Assembly: GCA_951406725.2 (NCBI GenBank)
Contig: OX597814.1
Location: 184,512,001-184,576,000, forward strand
DNA from: Octopus vulgaris
Lineage: Eukaryota
Reading direction: 5' to 3'
Length of the DNA stretch: 64,000 bases
Part shown: positions 1 to 13,503 of the stretch, piece by piece
Layout: each line of letters begins with the position of its first letter
Numbering within the stretch: the stretch's first letter is position 1
Translations under genes and position numbers: made by a program
Notes under the pieces: generated by a model
The model's database searches: none
Told to the model about the DNA's origin: nothing
Seen by the model: only the letters and a program-made list of their open reading frames with translations

Positions 1-236
1 TTCTCCTGCAACGGCGGGGAACGAACACAGACACACACACACACACATGCACACACACAAATATATACATATACGACGGGCTTCTTTCAGTTTCCATCTA
101 CCAAATCCACTCAAAAGTCTTTGATCGGCCCGAGGCTATAGCAGAAGACACCTGCCCAAGTTGCCACGCAGTGGGACTAAACCCGGAAACATGTTGTTCG
201 TAAGCAAGCAACTTACCACACAGCCACGCCTGCGCC
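1..236 (-). mobile_element. tRNA-derived SINE, family A (head and internal CA/TA tract; cut by the window edge)
   Basis: Reverse complement begins ggcgcaggcgtggctgtgtggtaag (A-box-like) and matches the full copies at 14545-14930 and 31061-31467. Confidence 0.9.
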
Positions 237-829
237 TATATAGAAAACATGAATAAATTGAAGTATAAAATTAAAGAAAATTATATAACTTGTATCAAAA
301 TTTCCGAGTGTAAATTAACATAGTAATTTTATATTAATTAAAATTTCCAACAAATGGATAAAAGATATAAGCGTGTGTTGCACTTAAAATTCGTGTTCGT
401 ATTATATTGTTACCTTTGTATTTTCATTTGATTTTTTACATTTTATTCAGCGAAAACTTGAAACCATAATTGGCCTATGGCTAAAGGACTGGCATATGTT
501 TTATATGTCGCTCAACGTATTCACTAGCTAGAAAAACTTTTCTTTCCTTAATTGACGATAAATGTAATTTTAAACATTATTAAAATAAATGACAATATAA
601 ATAAAATTCTCAAAATATTTAGTTTAAAATACTAGCAAAAACAAATAACTCATAATTTAACTATAGTGATTTGCTACTTTAAGTACAGTGAAACTGGTTA
701 CCTTCTTACGTTGGAATCACTGCTCAATGCTCGTTCACCGAAGTCAAGGAATATCGTGTATGTTAAGTATTTACATGGATGATGGTCTGGTTAGAAAACG
801 TAGGTAATGAAGACATCTAATTGGGTGTT

Positions 830-987
830 TGCAGAGCCGAGTGGTTAAAAGTTCGCTTCGCAGTCACAAAAATCCTTGGTGTGATCCAACAGCGTGTTAA
901 CTTGGGCAAATGTGTTTTACTAGAGCTTGGGTTGACCCCGATATTTTGCAGTGAAATTTGAATAGAAAACTGTGCGGAAGCCCGTCG
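830..987 (+). mobile_element. Old, diverged SINE family A head
   Basis: gtggttaaaagttcgcttc...cttgggcaaatgtgttttacta...gaagcccgtcg is collinear with family A. Confidence 0.6.
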
Positions 988-2172
988 ATGGTGACTGGTG
1001 ACTGCAGTTTATGAATTCCAGAAATATTTAAACCGAAGTTGACAATGACGATTTGAATCAAGAACATAATGAGACACCACGAAAGACCATAAGGCATTCT
1101 GTCCAACAATACTTTCTGTATAATATGAGCTTCTCTCTCTGTTGAGAATGGACTTGGTGCTGCTCTGATCAGCTACCGTAGATATAAAATCTCATTTGAT
1201 TATTTGAAGTACTTAAGTTAATTCTAAATATTCCCTTTCTTTTGTCTGAAATATTTTGTAGTGTTTTGAGAATTGGTGGAGGTCGGGATTGAAGGGGTGC
1301 CGCAATAGTTAATTGTTAAATTACTTAGAGCTGACAGCGGCAAATATGGGGTTGATGGCGATCATGAGGGTGACGATGAGGACAAAGATGATAGCGATTA
1401 TACTTACGAAGAAGATGAAGTAGAGGGTGTGATGATTGCAGACACCAGCATTGATATATAAAATAATATTCTATTTTATGCTTTTCGTACATATTTATTG
1501 CAATTAATACTGACAGGGGAATGAATCGGAAAAAGAAGGAAAAATAAAAAAGAAAAACTTTTAAATGCTGTGAGCGCAGGTCGATAAGATTTTTTTGAGA
1601 GATTCTAAGAGATATAGAAAATGAAGAATTGAAATTTTCCATATCTTTAATTATAGTAGGAACAACAATAGCAAGTAGGAATGTTGGTGGGTAAAACCCA
1701 GGCTCATATTGTTATTTATTCCGCTTCATTTGGCCGCTTTTACTATATGAACCGTAAAATGGCTTTTAGGCGCAAATGATGACTTTTAGCCGGTAGCCTT
1801 CAGCTGCCTACATTCATGGCGGCTGTTTCTGTTGATTGTAATTATTCAAATTAAATTTATTCCGCCATCTTCTTCCCCGTATCCCCCTCATTCTTTTCAA
1901 CACTATTAGCGTTGTCATTTTCAATAATATCACCATTGTTGTCATCTCCACTGCATTAATATTCATAGATTATTTTTGTTGTTGTTGTTGTGTACCATCA
2001 TGTCTGCACATGTCTAATGAGAAGATGTGATAATAAAAAAATGTTCCAGCCGCGTCCATCCAAACGTAATTTTAGAGATTGTACTTAGTACTAGATTTAT
2101 ACTCAGTACTCGTACAACAGCTGGTAGGTGAGGTTGTAAGTAGACAATCACATCCTGGGATTTCTGCTAACG

Positions 2173-2285
<113 letters not shown>

Positions 2286-2292
2286 TAAGAAA

Positions 2293-2341
<49 letters not shown>

Positions 2342-3193
2342 GCACATACATAAACAAATGCATATATTAGATAAACAGACAAATAGATAGAAAGAGAGAG
2401 AAAGAGGGGAGAGACAGATAAATAGATACTTAGATATACATATATACTTGCCCATTTTTCTATATATGTATATATACATAACATGCACATATGTGTATAT
2501 ATGAGTGAGTGTGCGTCTGTGCGCGGGTGTGTGCGTGCGTGTGTATACTCTGGTACTAAATAGTTCTGGGCCAACCAATGCCCTGTGAGGGAACACGGTA
2601 GACAGAAAGTGTTTGAAGACTCTCGTGCGCATGTGTGTATGTATATATGAAAACATGAAATAGAAATAGTTTTTCTAATAATTCTTTCTACATTTTAAAT
2701 GTTCACAAATCGTGGAAACTGAGAGTTTGCATCATGACTGGAGACTCACACCACTGCAATCTTCAGTCGAGCATAGCGGTATGAAATTCGAGTCGTGATA
2801 CTACCTCTCAGTCCCAGTTTGAAGAAAAAGTAGACGCATACAAACTGCAAAATTTCAAGTGGGCATTGCAAAACCTCCCCAGGTTTTGAAGAATCAGGAA
2901 CTGAGTATAAGAGAGATTACTCCTTTTTCTCTGGCAGAGTAGGTCTGAGACAAGAATAGAGAGTATATTGTTGCATTGAGAAACCCATTGTTGAAGATTG
3001 TGGAGCCACTGAGAGAAGGACCGGGCGGATTTTCTCATTTCGGCTCGATACAACACATGGGCCTGTTCACTTTGTCAGTATGCTCCGACCCTCTATTCAA
3101 TACGTGACACATTGAACGAATCAATTCAGGGTAATCCAAACAACATGCATCGAGCACTCTTCTTTCATTCCCCCGACATAAACCAACGTACAA

Positions 3194-3248
<55 letters not shown>

Positions 3249-3316
3249 CAAAGACACACAGACACACACACACGCACATTCACACATGTCATCACATACC
3301 GATATGCTGATATATC

Positions 3317-3523
3317 TCTTTAGGGAGAGCTTGCGTGAGTAGATGTGTGTAGGTGTATGTATGTATATTTCCATATGTATAAAACAGAAAAATATGGGAC
3401 CCTGTGTTAAACATATATGTCTTTAGGGAGAGCTTGCGTGAGAAGATCTGTGTGTAGGTGTATGTGTGTATATTTCCATATACATAAAGCAGAAAAATAT
3501 GGGACCCTGTGTTAAACATATGT
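3317..3523. repeat. Tandem duplication, 2 x ~103 bp
   Basis: tctttagggagagcttgcgtgag...gggaccctgtgttaaacatat occurs at 3317 and again at 3420. Confidence 0.95.
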
Positions 3524-4105
3524 TTTCAAAAACTAGGTGTTTGCACGTATACACTCGGATTAGTTTTCGTAAAAATATCTGCTACATGGACAGATTTATT
3601 TAGTTTTCATCTGTAAAATATTTCTGTTGATATTTACTTCTAAAGCTTATGCTTACATCTAACGAAAGTAAATCTACAGCACTTCAAATATAATTGCCTG
3701 TGTTTTGAATAGAGTAAAATAATAAATCAAGTATTTCCGCTATAACAGGATTACAGTTATCCATGTGACTTTATTTTATCATGTTGCGAGAATACGATTA
3801 CGGAACAGCTTAAATGCTATGTTGATACTGAATTTGAAACGGAGGATATAGGAGTAGCGAAACTGACAGGAGAAAGCAATTTATCATCAAAAATTTAATT
3901 TTTTTTTTCTGAGTAAAAATAATCAAGTTAAGAGTCAGTCCTATATGAAACAATGGTTCTTTCTGTATAAAGTGAAAATGCGAAAACTTTATGAATCGTT
4001 AATATGATTGAGTGAAGATATGCAGTTATGTATTAGCTTCTGTCGCTAATTGAGACATACATACAAAAGTTACTCTTGAGTATAAACATGTACACTTCAA
4101 AGGTA

Positions 4106-4452
4106 TACTCTTTTACTCTTTTACTTGTTTCAGTCATTTGACTGTGGCCATGCTGGAGCACCACCATTATTCTATCGGTCACTTTTGCCTAACCGCTGTT
4201 ACGGAAACGTAAACACACCAGCATCGGTTGTCAAGCGATGTTGGGGGTGGGGGACCAACACAGACACAAAAACGTATACACACACATATATAAATATATA
4301 CGACGGGCTTCTTTCAGTTTCCGTCTACCAAATCCGCTCACAAGGCTTTGGTCGGCCCGAGGCCATAGTAGAAGACACTTGCCCAGTGGGACTGAACCAG
4401 GAACCATGTGGTTGGTAAGCAAGATACTTACCACACAGCCACTCCTACGCCT
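4106..4452 (-). mobile_element. SINE family A, near full length with internal deletions
   Basis: The (tactcttt)n tail, cagtcatttgactg..gccatgctggagcacc body and tRNA-like head are all present. Confidence 0.92.
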
Positions 4453-5769
4453 ATGGAGACTTAAAGACAAGCTCTCTTTGTTAAATATATACCTAGTATT
4501 TACGAAATTCTAATTAAAGTTTACTTATGTGCGTATCCCGCTGTCCATCTCAGCTGGTGTTTCAATCTTGCGTGATATGATCAGAAATAGATTTTTGGAC
4601 TATCACATCAATGCTGAAAACACTTTACAATATTTACCTAAAACCTTGTTTAGATCTACAAGAAATTGTTTGCATATGTGCAGCTAATCAAATTAATTAG
4701 TATACGGTATTATCAAGGTTTCACTCCATATCTACAAATCGAAATTAATGAAAAAACAAAAAAAAGCAAAAATGTACGCGTTAAACCTTCTTTGATTTCA
4801 CTACGTGACTATCGCAAGAATTTTGTTCGAAATAGCACGACACAACATATACATAACTTGAGTGTTAGTTTTGTTTTCTATAAGTCAGTTTATTTGTGAT
4901 ACTGCGATTGGAATAGGATACAGTATTGGTACAGTAAGCCATGGAGTATGGTGAGATTTTTGTATGTTATTTGATAAAGAAACAATATTGAATTGTGTAC
5001 TATCCCGACTAAAACCATCTAAAATGCCACTCGATGCTCTAGAATTAACAAACAAATCTCCATCATATTACACCATGCCTTCTTAAGCAAGAATGCATTA
5101 TGTCTACGCGTAAAATCACATTAGCTAATGCAATCCTAGATGCTATTAAAAAGACAAAATCATCAATGCTAACATGCTTTCACCCTAAGTCTGTCGATCA
5201 AGGTTGGAATTAAACTTCGACAACCAATTTTTTTCCTTTTGAATGAAGCTTCACCAGTCGCATATCGTAAAATTTTCGTAAGGCATTTTAATTACAGATT
5301 TTTAATTCCATTCCTTCACTCATATATGATCATGTTTAGAAATTGGGAAAAATCAAAAAGAATAAAATATCTGGATTAATAATCGCATAATAATAATGGT
5401 TTTATATATAATTTCGCAATAACCAGTTAAAAGTAGTGCAATTGGTTACCGACATTAAAAACTAGTCCAGCTGATCATTTCTTCAGATCAGGGGAACACT
5501 GAATAAAAATGACAAATTAAATTCAATATGACATTTTTTACTCATCTGAAGCAAAAGCTGTGCCACTGGCCTTTGCAGGTCCTCCACTACCAATGCGAGT
5601 GATGATGATAATGTAGTCACACACACACAAGCACATGCGCATGTAAGTATAATGCTTATATTGAAATGGAAACTGAGTTTTGCGCAACTGCGACCTTTAA
5701 GGTGAGAACTAGCATAGTTTCGATGTGTGTATAACCTTAGGTTTTCAGCAAAACCAAGTTGTCATAGCG

Positions 5770-5810
5770 CTTGCCTGAAGATTGCAATGGCATGAAAGTC
5801 AAGTCGTAAG
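5770..5810 (+). ncRNA. Degenerate type I hammerhead-like motif
   Basis: CTTGC-CTGAAGA-t-TGC aatg GCA-t-GAAA-gtcaag-TC-GTAAG. Stem I CTTGC/GTAAG pairs and the core is intact; stem III is imperfect. Confidence 0.45.
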
Positions 5811-5889
5811 ACAAACTTTCGGTGTTAGTTTCAATAAAAAGAAACATATTCTGTATATGTGCATATACTATATATAGACCAATATATAT

Positions 5890-6600
5890 ATTAATCCAAA
5901 CAAGAAAACACAAAAAAAAAACAGCAACGCGAGGACGTGGAACAAATAAAGTATTATTGGACGCTCAGGAAAGAAGGGAAGGAGGGTTTAACGTTTCGAG
6001 CGGAGCTCTTCGTCGGAAACAAAGGAGAAGGAAAGATCCCGAGAAGGGAAGACAGAGGAAAAAAAATTGCTGGCGGTGCTCACGAGGTCACATGTTGAAA
6101 GAACGGAAGTTGAAAGGTAGACGAATCAAGTTTTTTAAAGACAGGAGAGTTTCAAAGACAGTATGGTAAGGACAAGGAATGTGTGTGGGTGTGTGCGTGC
6201 GTGAAGGTCTGCGGGTGCGCGGGTGTGTGTATGTGTGCAATGATGACACGTGTGTGTGTGTAGGGGTGCGTGTGTGTATGTATGTGTGTATGGCGAACAA
6301 CAGGCAGTAGCAGGCCGGTTTGTAAGAATAAGGAGTGGTGATTTTTGTGTCCAGCACAGGTCAAAAACAAAGAGGTATGTGTGTGTGCGTGTATGTACAT
6401 GTATCGTGTGTGTGTTTTGTTTGTAGTGTGTGTGTGTATGTGTGTGTTCGTGTGTGTATGCGTAGAGTTTGGGTGTGTGGCGAGTAACTGTGCTTAACTT
6501 AGTGTACGTGTGCGTGTGTGCTTGTGCGTGCGTGTGTGCTTGTGCGTGTGTGCTTGTACGTGTGTGTGTGTGTGTATGTATGTGCGTGTGTATATGTGCG
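5890..6600 (-). mobile_element. Non-autonomous Penelope-like element remnant (HHR-bearing end plus GT-rich body)
   Basis: Contains the minimal HHR at 5986-6020 followed by a T-rich end on the minus strand; same layout as 17320-17760. Confidence 0.55.
5986..6020 (-). ncRNA. Minimal type I hammerhead ribozyme (PLE type)
   Basis: Minus strand GTTT-CCGACGA-A-GAGC tcc GCTC-GAAA-CG-TT-AAAC: perfect stems I and II, palindromic ACGT helix III, U4>C core variant. Confidence 0.7.
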
Positions 6601-6608
6601 ATAGATAG

Positions 6609-6669
<61 letters not shown>

Positions 6670-6741
6670 GATATATGATATTTAAGTTGAGGCACCAGAA
6701 TTTAGTACGGTATTATTCATACAATTTCAAAATAAGGGGAT

Positions 6742-7200
6742 TAAAATCAAAATAAGCAATAAGGATATCCAGAGGTAATGCAGTACGATCGTTTCATGCA
6801 ACTCCATTTAATTGAACAATGCAATCATTGCATCAATTTAGAATGTAGAGCAATGTTCAGCCGCACAAAGACATAGAATTTAATTAAATTGGAACAGATG
6901 GACACATTAGTATAATTATACCTAAAATTTTCAAGAAGTTCAGGAGATAGACAAAGTTACGGTTTTGCTGTTGTAGGTACAACATGTCCTTTGTCTATCT
7001 CCTTATCATCTTGGAAATTTTAGGTATAATTATACTAATGTGTCCATCTGTTCCAATTTAATTAAATTATATGTCATTGTGCGGCTGAACATTGCTCTAC
7101 ATTTAAATTGATGCAATGATTGCATTGTTCAATTAAATGGAGTTGCATGAAACGATCGTACTGCATTACCTCTGGATATTCTTCTTGCTTATTTTGATTT

Positions 7201-7202
<2 letters not shown>
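6742..7202. repeat. Foldback inverted repeat, ~215 bp arms, 32 bp spacer
   Basis: 6742-6956 is the near-exact reverse complement of 6989-7202. Confidence 0.95.
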
Positions 7203-7282
<80 letters not shown>

Positions 7283-7342
7283 GTGTGTGTTTACCTACAC
7301 ACACACACACACATACACACACACACATATATATATATATAT

Positions 7343-7519
7343 AAGTGAGAGAAAGTTGTGGCGAGAGAGTCAGAAGAAGTTCACCATTACCTTCTGCCGG
7401 AGCCGCGTGGAACTTAGGTGTTTAACTCATATGCACACACATCGCCCGGTCTGAGATTCGAACCTGCGATCCCTCGACCGCGAGTCCGCTGCTCTAACCA
7501 CTAGGCCATGCGCCTCCAC
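7343..7519 (-). mobile_element. tRNA-derived SINE family C, 5' part
   Basis: gtggaggcgcatggcctagtggttagagc (A box) ... ggttcgaatctc (B box); related to 60769-61288. Confidence 0.85.
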
Positions 7520-7523
7520 AGAA

Positions 7524-7619
<96 letters not shown>

Positions 7620-8478
7620 GTAGGTAGTTTCGAGGATGAAGCCAAATAAAGAAGGGAAAATAGGAGGGCCACATTAGATGAAATATGGATTTTGCTTCCA
7701 TGTCTAATTGCAAACCATGTCGGCAACAATTAGTCATTGGTTTGAAACTAGGAAGGTCCTTATCGTTCACAATCTGCTACGTATAAATCCACATCCATCT
7801 TATCCCTCCCTGCACTACAGTCTTGCTTATCTCTTCCTCGTCTTTTACTGAGTGATTGCGCATATATATATATGTGTGCGTGAGAGAGTGAGTACGCTGG
7901 TGTTCATATATGGGTTTATATCTGAAACCATATGCATGCATATATAAATGTGTGTGTGTGTATGTTTTGATGTATTTCTGTATATGTGTGTGTATGAATG
8001 TGCGCTGGTGCGTGTGAGATTTGTACGTGCGTGTTCTTTTTATCAAATAGGAATTAACGCTTCAGAATGATGAATGTTTTTAAGTCATCATTAGTGTTAC
8101 TGACGTAGTGACGAGATAGATAAAAAAGGTGGAATGAAAGCGTTAAGACTAAGACAGAGCGAGAAAAAGTGTAAGAGAAGTGTAAGCGAGAGATGAAGAG
8201 GGACGTGTACAGGCATTCGTAGATTTGTATTTAGAACTTTGACATTTTCCATGTTTTATCTGCAGAAATTGTTCGTACGAATTGGTGCGAGGGGAAAACA
8301 GATATTCCAAGACAAACCGCATAAAGAAAATAAGGAATGCGAAAAGCAATTACACACACACAGACACACACACACACAGAGGGAGAGAGAGTGAAGCATT
8401 GAGAGCGAGAGAGGGAGAGAGATAAATAGATAATAGATAGATATATAGGAAGATAGATAGATAGATAGATTGATACAC

Positions 8479-8511
<33 letters not shown>

Positions 8512-8946
8512 CATACATACATACAAACAAACAAACAAACAAACAAACAAGTGTACACTTATATTACTTGCATCAATAATGTCGCGTGATATTTCTACGC
8601 TAGTTTCTCTTTCTTCGCATTTTTTAGGTGTGAGTTTGTTTTTTTTGTTGTTGTTTTTGAGGAGTGGTATAAGTAATTATTCATTGTTTAGTGTAAAGCA
8701 CAAGATCAAACAGCATCTTGCAATTGTACTAATGAGAAGTCTTTTTCCTTCTCTCATCATCTGTATCGTCTTTAATGTGAAACATAAAGTGGTGGTTCAA
8801 ATCTAAATCAATTTCAGTCATCTACATTGTTGTGTCTGTTTCCTACATCTATATATAGATGTAGGAATTATATCTCATCATTACGGATTATATTTGACGT
8901 CATATAATCATGACGTCATTATATTTCATCATTGTGGATCGTGAAC

Positions 8947-9040
8947 AGGCGCTGGCGTGGCTGTGGTCGTAAGAAGCTTGCTTCCCGACCACATGGTTCC
9001 GGGTTCAGCATTGTGAGTGGATTTGGTAGACGGAAACTGT
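8947..9040 (+). mobile_element. SINE family A head with internal deletion
   Basis: ggcgtggctgtgg..taagaagcttgcttcccgaccacatggttccgggttca...gtgagtggatttggtagacggaaactg. Confidence 0.8.
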
Positions 9041-9224
9041 TCATATATATATATATATGAATTTATTTATTTATTCATTTTTAAATACATATTTTACTTG
9101 TGAATTTGCGTGTATAATCTGGGAATGCATAAAATGAGCTTCTCTGCCCTAGGTGTACGGAAAACACTCGGCGAGATATGGAAGAAAATTTGAAGAAAGA
9201 AGGAAAAAAGAATAATAATGATTT

Positions 9225-9430
9225 AAAATTTTGGTAAAAGGCAAGCTGTATTGTAGGCAGGGCCAAGTCGATTGAATTGAACCCAGTGCTCAATTGGTAC
9301 TTACTTTATCGATTCTAAAGGGTGGAAGGCAAAGTGAACCTCAGTGGACTTTGAACTCAGAACGTAACGGTAGATGAAATACCGCTAAACATTTTTCCCG
9401 GCGTGTTAACGGTTCTGCCAGTTTACTGCA
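9225..9430 (-). mobile_element. tRNA-derived SINE family B, diverged
   Basis: Reverse complement matches the family B copy at 15477-15707 (gttctgagttcaaa...actttgccttccaccc...gataaa.taagtacc). Confidence 0.8.
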
Positions 9431-10164
9431 TTAATAATAATAACAACAATAATAATTAACATAGTATAAGATATAATATTTTAGTATGATTATGTAGGAA
9501 TCATTTGATAACAGTTATTCAGCATTGCCATTTTTGGCTAAACAATCGGCTATGAATTGTGTAAGCCAGTAAAATTTGTAGCCAATGACCCGAGTCTAGG
9601 AACGGAAGAGAGATCCAAGTCGGCTGCTTTCGCTTAGATTAGACAAGCAATAAATCGCGTATTGTTATATAGCTATGTGACTTCTATCTTTATATCTGTG
9701 ATATATCTCTCTTTTTCTTTCTCTCTTCCCTATCTCTATCTCCATCTCTCTACCCTCCCCCATCTCTCTGAATGAAAGAGATGACGTAAGAAGGAAGTTA
9801 AAACTTCTTAGACAAGATTTCCTAACCAACATGATTAATTAACTTGCAGAGTAGCAAATGTTCCAACTGTCTCAGAAGACAAAGATCGATAAAAAATAAA
9901 TCATTTCTTGGAATTGTCATGCACAGCGAAGTGGAATCTATTTCTGTGGTGTCAGCAGCGAATGAACTTCAGGCATATTGAACTCGAGAAAGAACAATTC
10001 TGCCAAAAAATAAAAGATAGATTAATAAAATCACGACAGCATGAGAATCAATAGTGTAGAGGACATATTATTTTTAAGTCACTGGGGACAATTCTATATT
10101 TTCAAAAATTAAGATTTAGTTAATATTATAATCTAAACACTAAAAATGTTAATAATTCTATATA

Positions 10165-10490
10165 TCTCTTTACTCTTTTATTTGTTTCAGTCATTTGACT
10201 GCAGTCATGCAGAAGCACCGCATTTAGTCGAGCAAATCGACCCAGGGACTTATTCTTTCGAAGCCTAGTACTTATTCTATCGGTCTCTTTTGCCGAACCG
10301 CTAAGTTACTGGGACATAAACACACTAGCAATACTAGGAGGACAAACACAGACACACAAACATACACACACACACATATATACGACAGGCTTCTTTCAGT
10401 TTCTGTCCACCAAATCCACTCACAAGGCTTTGGTCGGTTCGAGGCTATAGTAGAAGACACTTGCCCAAGGTGCCACGCAGTGGAACTGAA
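10165..10490 (-). mobile_element. SINE family A, 5'-truncated
   Basis: Tail, body and part of the head match 14545-14930. Confidence 0.9.
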
Positions 10491-12236
10491 CAGAAACGAT
10501 GAGATGAATGATGAATTAAAATGATATTAATGGGAGAAGACAAAATACGCCCGCCGGTTTTTTGCTTTTCTAAAACATTATTTTTTTACATAAAAAACAA
10601 TCCGAGGTATTGAACCTCTTTGGTGAGGAGCTTTGCTAGAAACCCAGAAGGATTAAAAACAAAACCTGTCAAAAGTAGAAAAGCTCAATGTAGATTCAAT
10701 GACTTTCTAGCAAGGACTCGAAGGAATTCTACATTGGTTCCCGGCATGCTGGAAGACCATAGATTACGATTTTATATGACAAAAAAAAAAATTGTGATAC
10801 AGCACACATACATACTGATACACATCAAATATATCTACTAGATGGATCTCGAAATTTCGAAAACAAATGGGGATTTTCTCTTCACACATCATATTCCGAT
10901 ATAATCATAATTTAAACTCTCTAAAACGTAAATGCTTATTTAAGAATAACCTACTTTCTCGAAAATTATGACAAAACAAACCCGATTCGAGTGAATTTTC
11001 GGGAACCCCTCTCCAAAAATTTATTTTCACAATCAATTCCAACTTCATCGGAATCTAGACATTCTGAAGTGTGTTTGTGGAGAATTTCATTGATGAATAT
11101 TCATTTTCTAGAAGTTGTATAGAAACAAATTCAGTGGATCAGATTTGTGTATATCTGCCCATTGCTATAACATAAGTGATATTATGGTTTGATTGCTCTT
11201 ACATATCTACATATCGGTTTGCTTCGTTTCACTTTCATTTTCTATGTAACAATATTTAATTACATAACTGCATGTTATATATAAACAAATAATATACTTT
11301 TTTCGTTAGCTTTATATTAAAAGGGTGAGAATAATGTGAATGAGATGGGTTCAATTTTTCACTACACTTAGATGTAGATAGGATAATGGTATTTATTATG
11401 ACACTGAGTTTAGTAATGAATACTAACTGTACAAAGAACGCATCGAAGTGTGTGTGTGTGTGTGTGTATTAAGCTTTATTAACAGTATTTAGGTACTAAT
11501 GTTTCATTGTATTATAAATGCCCGTTCTTTAACAGAATTGCATTTCAACTTATGTTATGTTTCCCATTATGGACGTTCGTGCTTCTATTATGTTGCATGT
11601 CTTGCCAGCGCTCTTCCTACAAGCATGCCGTTTTTATACTTTTGTGTAAACACTATAGGAGTATATGATACAATGATATCGAATCAATGTTAAACATGCT
11701 ATCTTAAATATAGCTTGTTCGCAGTAGTATATACAGAAATACAAACCGTTAATAACTAATTCCTATTTCGATCTATTATATGTTTATTTCTATATTGTTT
11801 TGCCTTTCTAAAACTTCTTTCTTCAATATATATTTATATTTAAATAGAATATAATATTACTAATTTCGGTCATGAAACAATGGTGCATGCACTACTATTC
11901 TTATAATGACATATTCAGCAGAATCACCTTTTCTCCATAAGTTACAGGGATAATGCAAATATAAGAAATGTTTGTATGAAATATTATGTATGTATGTATG
12001 TATGTATGTATGCATGCATGCATGTATGTATGTATTGTATGTATGTATGTATGTATCTATGTATGTATGTATGTATGTATGTATTGTATGTATGTATGTA
12101 TGTATGTATGTATGTATGCATGCATGCATGTATGTATTGTATGTATCTATGTATCTATGTATGTATGTATGTATTGTATGTATATATGTATTGTATGTAT
12201 GTATGTAAGTATATGTAAATACATATACATACTTAT

Positions 12237-12303
<67 letters not shown>

Positions 12304-13102
12304 GTGAAAGGCTAAACCGTGATTTTTAGACGAAGAAATTAGCTATTCAGTGGAAACTCATTTTCAGATTATAAAGAGAGAACATACTAGAGTTAGATGC
12401 ATCTAGCTTCGGCATTTTAAAGCACTCTCCCTTATACGTATGTGAATATGTGTATGTGTTTACGAGTCCCTGTTTTATGCACGCATGTATGTATGTATTA
12501 TGTACCTATATAAGTTCAAGCTTATTTTCCGAAAGAAATATTGATTTATAAATTACTGGCTGATGATGGGTCAACTAAAATTGATCAAGGTGATATTGAC
12601 CTTATCAGTGAAGCCATATACGAAAGGGTATCTAAACAGGTTTTGTAAGGTATCCACTACCTTCACCAGTCTGCAGCTACTAGATATTATCATTGATACG
12701 GTTATATATGAGTACGCGACAATATACGCGTTCATCTAAGCCGCGTACAGACTATGTATGCGTAAATACGTGTACATTTCTAATGATGACTATGTGTGAA
12801 TATGAATGCGATATAGTGTGTTGCATTATGGGTGTATGCGTATAAACATGTACTTATTTGTTTATCAAATACAAGCAGACATGAAAATCAAACGTTCCTT
12901 TGCTCCAAGGGTGTCTTTAGTGATAATGGTGTCATGGCGATAAAATGCCAAATGATTCCAAAACCAGACGTTGTAATGAATTCAACTACTGAACTATACA
13001 ACGCGCAGATACACCCACATTCATGCACTCGCTTACACACGCCGTATATATATAAATTTATACATAACTCCACGCACACTGAAATATATACATACATATG
13101 CT

Positions 13103-13186
<84 letters not shown>

Positions 13187-13210
13187 CATATATACATACA
13201 TACATATACA

Positions 13211-13244
<34 letters not shown>

Positions 13245-13414
13245 AATTTGTGTGGGTGTGTGTAGGTATGTAGTTTAAATTTGTATGCGTGCCAGTATTC
13301 GTTAAATATTAAGAATATACATGTGTATATGTATGTATATGCATAATATATACTCACGCATATACATATATATGCATAGTATTTAAACAATACAGACACG
13401 CGTGCGTATATAGC

Positions 13415-13456
<42 letters not shown>

Positions 13457-13459
13457 TAT

Positions 13460-13503
<44 letters not shown>

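Noticed and set aside
2808-3110. Possible ancient Tx1-like fragment on minus
   Set aside because: Only vague similarity to 36422-36850; not supportable without an alignment.
12555-12612. CTGATGA-containing hairpin (HHR, C/D snoRNA or miRNA candidate) and overlapping short ORF
   Set aside because: No GAAA in register, no terminal D box, short bulged stem, no homology recognised.
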